In this document: positions 53,311-62,339 of the stretch, in pieces
Layout: each line of letters starts with the position of its first letter
Position numbering within the stretch: position 1 is the stretch's first letter
From: Bacteroidota bacterium
GTDB lineage: Bacteria > Bacteroidota > Ignavibacteria > 0-14-0-80-59-12
Length of the DNA stretch: 64,000 bases
Direction of reading: 5' to 3'
NCBI GenBank assembly: GCA_049973045.1
Contig: JBMFJZ010000001.1
Location: 473,363-537,362 of the forward strand
Program-made: the position numbers and the translations under genes
Notes under the pieces: model-generated
Seen by the model: the letters and a program-made list of their open reading frames with translations, nothing else
Told to the model about the DNA's origin: nothing
Database searches by the model: none

Positions 53311-53358
53311 TGCTTCTCAGGCTTTTTTTGAATATAATTCTCTACATTCTAAAAATCA

Positions 53359-54372
53359 ATGAAAGAGATGGGCCTACGAGCTACCAAGCTAAATAATCCA
53401 AAAGCGTTCGTCACAGGTGGCACGGGCTTCATTGGTAGCCACCTCATAGAAGCTCTCATTTCAAAGGGGTATGCAGTACGTTGCTTGATACGACAAACAA
53501 GCAACACTCGCTGGCTCAAGACACTGGACCTGGAGTTAGTCCACGGCTCCCTGAGTGACCCTGATTCGCTTCTCCCCTTCCTCGCCGACGTTGAATACAT
53601 CTTCCACGTTGCTGGCATAACAAAGGCAAAGAGGTCACAAGAATATTTTCAAGCGAATGCTGAATCAACAAAGAACCTCCTCACCGCAGCGGTTCACTCC
53701 GGAGCTCCATTAAAACGCTTCGTGCTTGTAAGCAGTCTCGCCGCTGTCGGGCCCAGCCTCGACGGCGCCCCAGTGGATGAGCTCACTCCGTATCATCCTA
53801 TCACGGCGTATGGCAAAAGCAAGATGGCTGCAGAGCAATACTGCCATGCAGTGCTCGACCAAATTCCAATCACAATTATACGTCCACCAGCAGTCTATGG
53901 TCCCCGAGATCGTGACATCTACGCGCTTTTCAAATTAATCTCACACAGCATTCGACCAATCATGGGATCACGAAAGGCTTCATTAATTTATGTTCGTGAC
54001 CTCGTCGAGGGAATTATAATGGCAGCTGAACATGCAGCAACTGCCGGAAAAACCTATTTCCTCGCCGATGACCAAGTATACGATTGGAACCTTCTTGGCG
54101 TACTCATTTCAAATGCACTCGGGAAGAGGACCGTTGCCGTTTGGATTCCGAAGTCAATTGCTCTTGGAGTAGGTTGCTTCGTCCAAGCTACCTCGATATT
54201 CTCTTCCAAGCCTCCCCTCTTGAGTGTCGAGAAGATACGGGATTTGATCCAACCTAACTGGACGTGCTCAGCAAGACGTGCCCATGAGGATTTTGGGTTT
54301 TCCTCGCAAACACCAATTGAGAGAGGCGTAGCAGAAACTGTCGCATGGTATAAGACTGCAGGATGGTTATGA
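53359..54372 (+). CDS. NAD-dependent epimerase/dehydratase family reductase (candidate ceramide/3-ketosphinganine reductase, CerR-like)
   Basis: VTGGTGFIGSHL Rossmann and YxxxK extended-SDR features; divergent from spt with only a 48-bp intergenic gap. Confidence 0.6.
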   Translation: MKEMGLRATKLNNPKAFVTGGTGFIGSHLIEALISKGYAVRCLIRQTSNTRWLKTLDLELVHGSLSDPDSLLPFLADVEYIFHVAGITKAKRSQEYFQANAESTKNLLTAAVHSGAPLKRFVLVSSLAAVGPSLDGAPVDELTPYHPITAYGKSKMAAEQYCHAVLDQIPITIIRPPAVYGPRDRDIYALFKLISHSIRPIMGSRKASLIYVRDLVEGIIMAAEHAATAGKTYFLADDQVYDWNLLGVLISNALGKRTVAVWIPKSIALGVGCFVQATSIFSSKPPLLSVEKIRDLIQPNWTCSARRAHEDFGFSSQTPIERGVAETVAWYKTAGWL

Positions 54373-54427
54373 CAAGCTTGAGCGAACCATCAACGCATAT
54401 AGCACATCACATTTCAGGGAGCCTTCG

Positions 54428-55723
54428 ATGAAGTCTCGATCGATTGCTTTCCTTCTCGTATTTGCACTCGCAACTGGCAATGCTCAGAGAGTAGACTACA
54501 ACAAGTTTTTCACTGAGAAGCGCATGCGAATTGATTACTTCCATACGGGAACAAAAACGGAGGAATTTTTCAGCATTGACCAAGTCTATGAGGAACCGGT
54601 GTGGGCTGGCAGTCGAACGAATCTCATCGACACGCTCAACCTGGGCACGTACCAAGTGCGTGTCTACGATCTGGCAACAAATCAGCTTATCTATTCTCAC
54701 GGATTTTCAAGTATCTTCGGCGAATGGAGGACCACCGACGAAGCTGCCCAGAATGTCTTCCGAACGTTTTCTGAATCTGTTCTTATCCCTTACCCAAAGT
54801 ATCCAGTTCAGCTCGTCATAGCCGCACGAGATCGCTGGAATCATTTCATTGAAAAATGGAATTTTAGCATTGATCCTTCATCACGGTTCGTCAATCGGAC
54901 TCCACATGGGCAAAATATCCCGTACACGACGTGGATGAAAAACGGCGCCGAAGCAACGCACGTTGATCTCGCCGTACTTGCTGAAGGATACACAAAAGAA
55001 GAGATGAAAAAATTCCAGAGCGATGCAGATCGGCTGCTGAAAGTCCTCTTCTCCACCTCACCTTACGATACAATGAGACAGGCGTTCAACGTGTACCTCG
55101 TCGAGACTATTTCATCGCAGTCGGGCACTGATGAGCCGCGTGAAAATGTGTGGGTAAGTACAGCCCTGGAAACCACGTTCAATTTCTTTGACCTCGCTCG
55201 TTACCTTATGACAACAGATAATAAGACAATGCGGGACGATCTCGGGTCAATCCCTTATGACGCAATTATCATACTTGTGAACACCCAGAAATATGGAGGC
55301 GGAGGCATTTACAATCTTTATGCGACCTGTCCCTCCGATAACCAGTGGTCAAATTACGTCTTCGTTCATGAATTTGGCCATTCGTTTGCCGGCTTAGGAG
55401 ATGAATACTACACGTCAGAGGTCACATATAACGAGTTTTATCCTCGTGGTGTCGAGCCCTGGGAACCAAACATCACCGCACTCCTTAATCCGACGGAACT
55501 GAAGTGGAAAGACCTGGTTACCGCTGGCACCCCCATCCCAACGCCACCGGATTCAGCAAAGTATCCTTTCCCGACTGTCGGGGCGTTCGAAGGCGCTGGA
55601 TACGCAGCAAAAGGCTTATACCGCCCATCGATCGATTGCATCATGTTTTCAAAAACGTTGAACAAGTTCGACCCGGTATGCAATCGAGCAATACGGAGAG
55701 TTATCGAAAGTTATCGAAATTAA
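54428..55723 (+). CDS. Secreted peptidase M64 family (IgA-peptidase-like zinc metalloprotease)
   Basis: Signal peptide; HEFGHSF zinc-binding HExxH; M64 N-terminal domain-like sequence. Confidence 0.7.
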   Translation: MKSRSIAFLLVFALATGNAQRVDYNKFFTEKRMRIDYFHTGTKTEEFFSIDQVYEEPVWAGSRTNLIDTLNLGTYQVRVYDLATNQLIYSHGFSSIFGEWRTTDEAAQNVFRTFSESVLIPYPKYPVQLVIAARDRWNHFIEKWNFSIDPSSRFVNRTPHGQNIPYTTWMKNGAEATHVDLAVLAEGYTKEEMKKFQSDADRLLKVLFSTSPYDTMRQAFNVYLVETISSQSGTDEPRENVWVSTALETTFNFFDLARYLMTTDNKTMRDDLGSIPYDAIIILVNTQKYGGGGIYNLYATCPSDNQWSNYVFVHEFGHSFAGLGDEYYTSEVTYNEFYPRGVEPWEPNITALLNPTELKWKDLVTAGTPIPTPPDSAKYPFPTVGAFEGAGYAAKGLYRPSIDCIMFSKTLNKFDPVCNRAIRRVIESYRN

Positions 55724-55793
55724 TGCCCGGTGTTGATGGACATCTATGAACACTGCAGGGATTCGTTCCGTTCAAGAGTAATAAGGCACGCTT

Positions 55794-58700
55794 ATGAAAC
55801 AATTTCTTGTTAAAGTCCTCTGTGCGTTACAGCTCGTAGGCTTTATCTTTGTAGCACTAACAGTGTTCACCTCTTTTTCTCAGCCCGAGGCTGATCCTCC
55901 TATGGCTGAGATTTCACAGGCTCTAACTGGTGACCTCCGGGGAGATCAATACTCATGGAGCTTTCTTTCCCTTTCAACGTGTGGAGTTGACCAATTTCTT
56001 GGCGAACATCCAACGTATGATGGGAGAGGCGTATTAATAATCATCCTCGATACTGGTGTCGACGTAGGCATTCCTGGGCTGATGAAAACATCCACCGGTG
56101 AGACAAAAATCATTGAAGTAAGGGATTTCTCTGGTGAGGGGGATGTTCCAGTTGAGAAAGCCATTCTGAACAAGGACAAAGGTGACAGCAGCATAAGACT
56201 CTCCGCTCCAGATAGCTCAATTAAGGTTGCGAACGTTCAGAAACTTCCGTTCAAACCGGCAAACGGTGTGTACTACATTGGAGTCTTCCGCGAAACGAAT
56301 TTTAAGAACGGGGCTGTCAACGATTTCAATGGAAACGGAACATCGGAGGATGCTTTTGCTGTCGTCGCGTTTCAGGTGGCATTGCCAAAAGTTGAAAAAG
56401 ATACCGTAAGTGATTCTATGAGGAGTGATAGTACCCAGTGGGTCGTTTACATCGACACGAACGGCAATGGCGATATTTCCGATGAGCGCCCATTGAGAGA
56501 CTACGAGCTGAACCATGATACATTCACGTTTGTCAGCAAGCCGCACAAAAAGCAAAAGGACCCTTTGACGTTAGCACTGAACTTTTATCCCCCGGAAGAT
56601 TCCGGAGATGGCAAAGTTTCAATTTTCTTCGACGATGGAGGGCATGGGACACATGTTGCTGGAATTGCAGCAGGGTACGAAATCAACGGGCAGCCAGGAT
56701 TTAACGGGGTAGCACCTGGGGCAAAGATCATTGCACTCAAAATTGGCAACAACACCTACTCAGGGGGTTCTACTCTCACAGGGAGCATGAAGCGAGCCTA
56801 CCTCTATGCCGCAACGCTCTCAAAGAAATACCACATGCCGACGGTCATCAATATGAGCTATGGCATCGGTTCCGAGATTGCTGGTCACAGCGACATTGAC
56901 GAATTCCTTGATAGCCTTCTGACAGAAAACGAAGACCTGGCGATCTGTGTTTCAGCAGGAAACAATGGCCCCGGCATTAGCTCCATCGGAACACCGGCAG
57001 CTTCCCAACTTGTCTGGACCTCGGGGGCACTATTTCCGAGAGAGACTGCGCGAGATGCCTACGGAATGGAGATGTTAGAGAACCGGATATTTTTCTTTAG
57101 CTCGCGTGGCGGGGATGTCCCAAAGCCTGACGCAGTTGCTCCTGGCGTTGCTGTCTCCACCGTGCCACATTTTGCGCATGGTGACCGAATGAACGGCACG
57201 AGCATGGCGTCTCCATACTCAGCGGGCGTCATGGCGCTCCTTCTAAGTGCTGTTAAACAACTCCACCCCGATATTACTCTCCCATTCAGACTGTTGAAGA
57301 AAGCCCTCTGGTATTCAGCAAAACCACTCCCGGGCTACTCAATGCTCGATCAAGGCCATGGGGTCCTTTCTGTCCCCGCTGCTTTTGACCTCTTGAAAAA
57401 ACTCATCGACAATAATGCTATCAAAGAAACCATTGACTACGAAGCGTTCACTGAAAGTCCAATCTTCCCTGATAATGAGGGACATACTGCATACTGGAGA
57501 AGCGTCTATTTTCCGCATGGAGAGTTAAAACAAACTTTCCACGTGAAGGGATTGTACCCTGAATGGATGAGCGAGAAAGAAAAACAGCTCTTTTTTCGGG
57601 CTTTTGCTATCAGATCAACTGCCGATTGGCTCAAGCCAATCGAGCATCTGACTTATCTTCGTGGGTCCCAGTTAGCCACAGTTACCGTCAAGTACGAGAC
57701 AGCTAAACTCGCGAAGCCCGGACTTTACACAGGTAAGATTCTTGCTTTCCGTCGTGGGGCTCCAAAGCCGATCGCTGACGTTCCTGAATTTGAACTTCTT
57801 AATACCATCGTTGTACCCTACACTTTTGGACCAAACAATGGTTATACACTCACACTCGATGATTCTCTTGCAGGAAGCGGGGCTCTGAAACGGTATTTCA
57901 TCGCTGTGCCCCCAGGAGCAACAGCAATGAATGTTTCTATAGAAGCGCTTCAGGGCAGAGAATGTCATCTCAGCGCCGCTTTCTTCTTTAACCCTGACGG
58001 AAAGAAGCGCGGTGGTACGCCACCAATTGAAACACGTGATGGAATTTTGCAGTCAAGGTCCGCCATAGGCGGACGTGGAACCGAGCTAACGCCAGGCATC
58101 TGGGAAATTGACATTCTCTCAAACCTCGTCATACCTACACCATCGCAATACAGAATAACCATAAACTTCAATGGATTTACTCTTAATCCCTCGGGGATTA
58201 CTTCCCTGAACGAAGGCGGCCATAGGCAGACGGTGCTGGTGACGAACACCTTCTCAGCCCCCTTTACTGGCTCCGGCGTTGCTTCAATCTCGTCGTTCGA
58301 AAGAGAAATTATTGACACAGTAAGGAAAGGCGACCGATTCACTTACGCGTTTAGAGGCGATTCGCTCGTGAGCTCAGTCCGGTTCAAAATTGAAATGAGC
58401 CGGGAGGACTACAACAAATTCACCGATGTGCCCGTCAACATTTACAATGAGCAAGGTAAAGGGGTGTCAAGAGAAAGTTTGGAGGAAGCTCGTGGTGAAA
58501 TCTCCTTTACTTTCTCACCCGGAGATACCACATTGTACACCCTTGAAGTAATGGGAGCTTTCACAAACTACGACAGAATGACACCCTTTGTAGTTCGTAT
58601 CATAGAAAGTCGCGTGCTGAAGGACCCCGTACCGTTCAGTGTCACCTCAGGAGGATCGCATTTGATGACATTTTATCCTGATTTTCCTGTCGTGCTTGAC

Positions 58701-58823
58701 GTCAGCGCAAAGAAGCCGCTGCCGCAGCCTCCGTTCGGTTACTATCTTGCCGGAGAAGTGAGCGTCACCGACCGGAATGGAAATGTTGGATTTGTTATAC
58801 CAATTCGATTAATGAGTAGGTGA
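55794..58823 (+). CDS. Large secreted subtilisin-like serine protease (peptidase S8) with C-terminal beta-domains
   Basis: Catalytic triad contexts ILDTGVD (Asp), HGTHVAGIAAG (His), GTSMASPYSAG (Ser); signal peptide; 1009 aa. Confidence 0.85.
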   Translation: MKQFLVKVLCALQLVGFIFVALTVFTSFSQPEADPPMAEISQALTGDLRGDQYSWSFLSLSTCGVDQFLGEHPTYDGRGVLIIILDTGVDVGIPGLMKTSTGETKIIEVRDFSGEGDVPVEKAILNKDKGDSSIRLSAPDSSIKVANVQKLPFKPANGVYYIGVFRETNFKNGAVNDFNGNGTSEDAFAVVAFQVALPKVEKDTVSDSMRSDSTQWVVYIDTNGNGDISDERPLRDYELNHDTFTFVSKPHKKQKDPLTLALNFYPPEDSGDGKVSIFFDDGGHGTHVAGIAAGYEINGQPGFNGVAPGAKIIALKIGNNTYSGGSTLTGSMKRAYLYAATLSKKYHMPTVINMSYGIGSEIAGHSDIDEFLDSLLTENEDLAICVSAGNNGPGISSIGTPAASQLVWTSGALFPRETARDAYGMEMLENRIFFFSSRGGDVPKPDAVAPGVAVSTVPHFAHGDRMNGTSMASPYSAGVMALLLSAVKQLHPDITLPFRLLKKALWYSAKPLPGYSMLDQGHGVLSVPAAFDLLKKLIDNNAIKETIDYEAFTESPIFPDNEGHTAYWRSVYFPHGELKQTFHVKGLYPEWMSEKEKQLFFRAFAIRSTADWLKPIEHLTYLRGSQLATVTVKYETAKLAKPGLYTGKILAFRRGAPKPIADVPEFELLNTIVVPYTFGPNNGYTLTLDDSLAGSGALKRYFIAVPPGATAMNVSIEALQGRECHLSAAFFFNPDGKKRGGTPPIETRDGILQSRSAIGGRGTELTPGIWEIDILSNLVIPTPSQYRITINFNGFTLNPSGITSLNEGGHRQTVLVTNTFSAPFTGSGVASISSFEREIIDTVRKGDRFTYAFRGDSLVSSVRFKIEMSREDYNKFTDVPVNIYNEQGKGVSRESLEEARGEISFTFSPGDTTLYTLEVMGAFTNYDRMTPFVVRIIESRVLKDPVPFSVTSGGSHLMTFYPDFPVVLDVSAKKPLPQPPFGYYLAGEVSVTDRNGNVGFVIPIRLMSR

Positions 58824-59268
58824 TAATAGATTCAGGCTTTAAAATGGTGGCAAAACACGAGTGCAGAGGACGGTGCCCAGGCCGCTGCACCTTTAGCCCA
58901 ACTTGGTGGCTTCCTCTTCAGAGATAAAAAATAATCCCGTTCCACGCCCGAAGATCAAACATCCATCCTATGAGCTCGAGATTGCAATTCCATTTGGTGC
59001 TGCAGCACAAACGCGCGTCGATGCTCATTTTGTGTTGCTCATCAGACTGTGTGAAAAGCTAGTTTGCGCAACTTGAAAAACCTCCATTTCTAACCCTTCA
59101 ACCAGACGGTGATGGGCCTTTCTTTGAAGAGTTCAGTTGATAATGTGCCCCCTGGGCTTCTTGGTTAAGACATCGAAAGTAGACTATCTTCCATTCTGAA
59201 GCTCACCACTCAGAGCGCTCATATTCTTTGAAGAGCTATTACGTTTGTCAACTTTTTTGTCCCGCTAC

Positions 59269-59297
59269 TTGACAAGGTGTTTTTTTTGTTATATTCT
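59269..59297 (+). promoter_or_regulatory. Sigma70-like promoter (TTGACA, 17-bp spacer, TATTCT) upstream of the MauE-like gene
   Basis: TTGACA at 59269-59274 and TATTCT at 59292-59297, located in a 548-bp intergenic region (58824-59371). Confidence 0.35.
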
Positions 59298-59392
59298 AAT
59301 GTCGATAAAAATCACGGTTTTACTTGGTCTGAGCAGGCTGGTCGGAAGATTCTTGCAAAGGTTTCCTGGGCTTGCGTTCAGGTGGAGCAAAG

Positions 59393-59740
59393 ATGAAGGA
59401 TGTGTATGGCTTCTCTAAGATTGTCAGAGATTACCACATTCTGCCTCAGGCATTTGTAATTCTGTTTTCAAGTTTAGTAGCATTTGCAGAGTTTGTTTTA
59501 GGATTGATGTTAGTCCTGAATTACCTGCCGAAGATTTCAAGCTTAACGTTATTGCTTATGGTCTCAGTGTTTACCCTTTTTACTCTTCTTAGATATACCT
59601 CAGGCGACACATCTGAATGCGGATGTTTTGGGACACTGATCCACCGAGCAGTTGACTGGAAGTTCTTTGCAGAGAATACTATGCTCATCGGTGGATTGGT
59701 AGTAACAATAATAAAAACCACAAACAATAAGGAGGACTGA
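59393..59740 (+). CDS. MauE/DoxX-like small membrane protein with CGCFG motif
   Basis: Three TM helices and SECGCFG, the signature of the methylamine-utilisation MauE family (disulfide formation). ATG at 59393 (the ORF-track start at 59372 is TTG). Confidence 0.55.
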   Translation: MKDVYGFSKIVRDYHILPQAFVILFSSLVAFAEFVLGLMLVLNYLPKISSLTLLLMVSVFTLFTLLRYTSGDTSECGCFGTLIHRAVDWKFFAENTMLIGGLVVTIIKTTNNKED

Positions 59741-59743
59741 AAC

Positions 59744-59959
59744 ATGAGACGCATGAGCGTCGTCGCACGGCTGGTAATTGCGGCATTGTCCCTCTGCATG
59801 CTGGCAAGTATCGCTTTCGACTTAATCCCGGTAGCGACAGCCACCCAGGAAGCTAAATGCGGATTGATTTACTGCATTGATGGAAAGAAAAGTTACACAG
59901 GGTGTGCTCGAGATATGACAACCGATTGCGGCACAGCTGGAGCAAACTGTGATTGCTGA
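59744..59959 (+). CDS. Small secreted cysteine-rich peptide precursor (71 aa; 6 Cys in about 38-aa mature region)
   Basis: AAGGAGGA RBS 6 nt upstream. Signal peptide MRRMSVVARLVIAALSLCMLASIAF, then ...ATA/TQEAKCGLIYCIDGKKSYTGCARDMTTDCGTAGANCDC. Starts 4 nt after the MauE-like stop. Confidence 0.6.
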   Translation: MRRMSVVARLVIAALSLCMLASIAFDLIPVATATQEAKCGLIYCIDGKKSYTGCARDMTTDCGTAGANCDC

Positions 59960-60281
59960 AAATGGGGGGCGCCCTGAGAATTTTTCGGTATGCCCCCTCA
60001 ATATCACGCAGGTTGCCCGAGGAAGTGCACGGAGATGTTAAACGAGGGGATAGGCGATACGGTCCACCAGTGAGGCTGGGGAAGCTACTAGTTGGTTGAA
60101 GACTTCGCGGGAATCACACACATCAGTTGATCTGATGTAAATGGGTTTAAGCCTCGATCCCTTGCATACGACTCTTGCGCCGAGAAAGGGAACTGTGTAA
60201 ACGCCGGAGTGTCGTGGCAACCGAGACAAGATTCTACTTCTAAGGAATATCATCTATTAATATAGGCATGAGGACAAATCA

Positions 60282-61361
60282 ATGAAAAAGGTGAGCATTC
60301 ATTGCCTACTTGTGATATCAAGCAGCGTTTTATTGGTGTTCTTCTCAGCGGGCTGCACAAAAAGACCCTCTTCTCGGAGTAATCTTCCGAGGGAGACGGT
60401 TGAACGCCTTGCTGCCAAACACAGATTCGACGAGTTGTTCAGACCCGTTGGTGTCATAGAGCTTAGAACAGATTCAAGCCATTTAGTTGGAAGAGTTGAT
60501 GTGATGGCTTTTTTCAACAACGGAAATTTTGCCATTGGCGACAACGCTTCACATCAGATTTTGTTGTTCGACCGTTTTGGAAATTTCATCTCTCAGGTTG
60601 GAAAATTTGGCAGAGGCCCTGGAGAATATGTTCGTATTGCAAGCTTGGCAACAAACGATAGGAATGAGTTGCTTTGCCTTGATAACAGCTTGAACATGGT
60701 TTCAAGATTTGATTCAGCAGGTCGTTATGTGAACTCGTGCCAGGTAAAATACGGGTTCGTTCTTAAAACTGCAGAAGATCGAGGTTTTTACGTTTATAAT
60801 TACTTAACTCCACCTGAGAGCAAGAGAAATGTTGTTTTCAAATACGATTCCAGTGGAAATCTTGTGAAAAGTTTTGGTTCTCCCTGGCCAAAAGTTATCA
60901 TCGACCGAGTTCCCATTGGAGGTGGGGGGATGGCCCGTTTTGATAATGAAATTTTCATCATCCAAGCCTCGGAGTTCAAGGTTCGAAAGTATTCCAGCGA
61001 AGGCAGGTTCATAAAGGAATTCGGGAGAGATTCACCGGTTTACAAGCCTCTGCAGCCCCCGGTATCATTCTCTGACAGAGAAAAGTTGGAATCCTTCACA
61101 GCAGTCAGCTCGATTTTTGCACTTTCCCCAGGCGTCCTCGCTGTATTCCTCACAAGAACACAGCCCGCGTCCCAATGGATTGAACTCTTCGATAGAGAGG
61201 GAAATTTCTTAACCGGAGCAATTGAAGTGCCGCAGAACCTTGAGGTTTGTAGATCAGCCTATAAGGATATTCTCTACTTTGTTGAGTACCCTTCTCTGAT
61301 TCAGGGCTCAAAAGGCGGGTTCGCAAATCCTAAAATTCATGGGTATCAACTTATCCCGTAG
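60282..61361 (+). CDS. Lipoprotein with 6-bladed beta-propeller (NHL/TolB-like) repeats
   Basis: Signal peptide plus lipobox FFSAGC; repeated FD..G.FI..FG..G.GPGEY-type blades. Confidence 0.6.
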   Translation: MKKVSIHCLLVISSSVLLVFFSAGCTKRPSSRSNLPRETVERLAAKHRFDELFRPVGVIELRTDSSHLVGRVDVMAFFNNGNFAIGDNASHQILLFDRFGNFISQVGKFGRGPGEYVRIASLATNDRNELLCLDNSLNMVSRFDSAGRYVNSCQVKYGFVLKTAEDRGFYVYNYLTPPESKRNVVFKYDSSGNLVKSFGSPWPKVIIDRVPIGGGGMARFDNEIFIIQASEFKVRKYSSEGRFIKEFGRDSPVYKPLQPPVSFSDREKLESFTAVSSIFALSPGVLAVFLTRTQPASQWIELFDREGNFLTGAIEVPQNLEVCRSAYKDILYFVEYPSLIQGSKGGFANPKIHGYQLIP

Positions 61362-61380
61362 GTATCAAGCGAGAAGGCTA

Positions 61381-62001
61381 ATGGTCCATCGGAAAGCATT
61401 ATTTCAGATAATCACATCCGGAGTTCTTCTAATATTCGCAGCATATTCAGCATATGTGAATGCTCACCTGAAAAGGAAATTAGCAGAACAAACAACTACG
61501 ATAGATTCATTAACCTCGTACCAGAGGACGAGCACGTGGATTGACGACCGCGAGGGGGCACGTTTGCCGAACGATATCCTGAGAAATACTGAAGGAGATA
61601 CCGTAGGGCTTCTGCGTCTTTTGAAATTATCCGGTTACTCCATACTCGTGATTGAACCGGAGAATACGTGTAGTACTTGTCTTGAGACTACACTGGCTAC
61701 TTGGAAAAAGGCTTCTGCGTCCTCTTCTTTAGAACGGCAGCTCGGTTTCTTCATCGTTTCGATGGATGAAGGACGGCGAGCATATCTTCTGGCGCGGAAG
61801 TTCCAGCTGGAAAATCATTGTTACGTGGATAGAACCCGGGAACTTTCTAGCTTCCTTCCCGTTCCTCCAACTCTTCCCTTTGCTCTTTTCGCCGACAAGA
61901 ATGGGAAAGTTGTCTATGCTCAGGTCTTAAGTTGGAGATCGCCCGAACGATTTGTTAGCTTTCTTAAAAAAGTCGATCGCTACCTACGAGAGGAAATGTG
62001 A
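61381..62001 (+). CDS. Membrane-anchored TlpA/ResA/MauD-like thioredoxin-fold thiol:disulfide oxidoreductase
   Basis: N-terminal TM helix; ILVIEPENTCSTC CxxC motif in thioredoxin-fold context. ATG at 61381 with a GAGAAGG RBS, just after the upstream stop (the ORF-track start at 61339 overlaps). Confidence 0.6.
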   Translation: MVHRKALFQIITSGVLLIFAAYSAYVNAHLKRKLAEQTTTIDSLTSYQRTSTWIDDREGARLPNDILRNTEGDTVGLLRLLKLSGYSILVIEPENTCSTCLETTLATWKKASASSSLERQLGFFIVSMDEGRRAYLLARKFQLENHCYVDRTRELSSFLPVPPTLPFALFADKNGKVVYAQVLSWRSPERFVSFLKKVDRYLREEM

Positions 62002-62339
62002 CTCAAAGCTACCGGATCTTTTATTCAAGTTAGAGGATGCAGAGCATCGACTGCAACTGGACACAGGAAAGTTCAACCGCCGAGCCTAAGGGTCGACCAC
62101 AATGCATAACATCCAGCAATTAGATTTAGTCGGCAGGCTTGACGTTACGAAATCTGAACCGCACGGCCCACAGGCTCCGCTCGACATGTGCTCGTGTTGG
62201 TTAAGATTTCAGGCTGAGTAAATACCATGCTCCCTAACTGAAGTCGCAATATCGGATCCGCTATAATCACCAATGGCTTGGTTGTCGTACAGTTGCCCCA
62301 GAGTCTCAACCGGTAAACAACACGCAGCAGGGATGAACT

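Noticed and set aside
58844-58927. 27-aa Cys-containing small ORF after the S8 protease gene
   Set aside because: No RBS or signal peptide. Kept only as a low-priority note in the findings, not as a feature.
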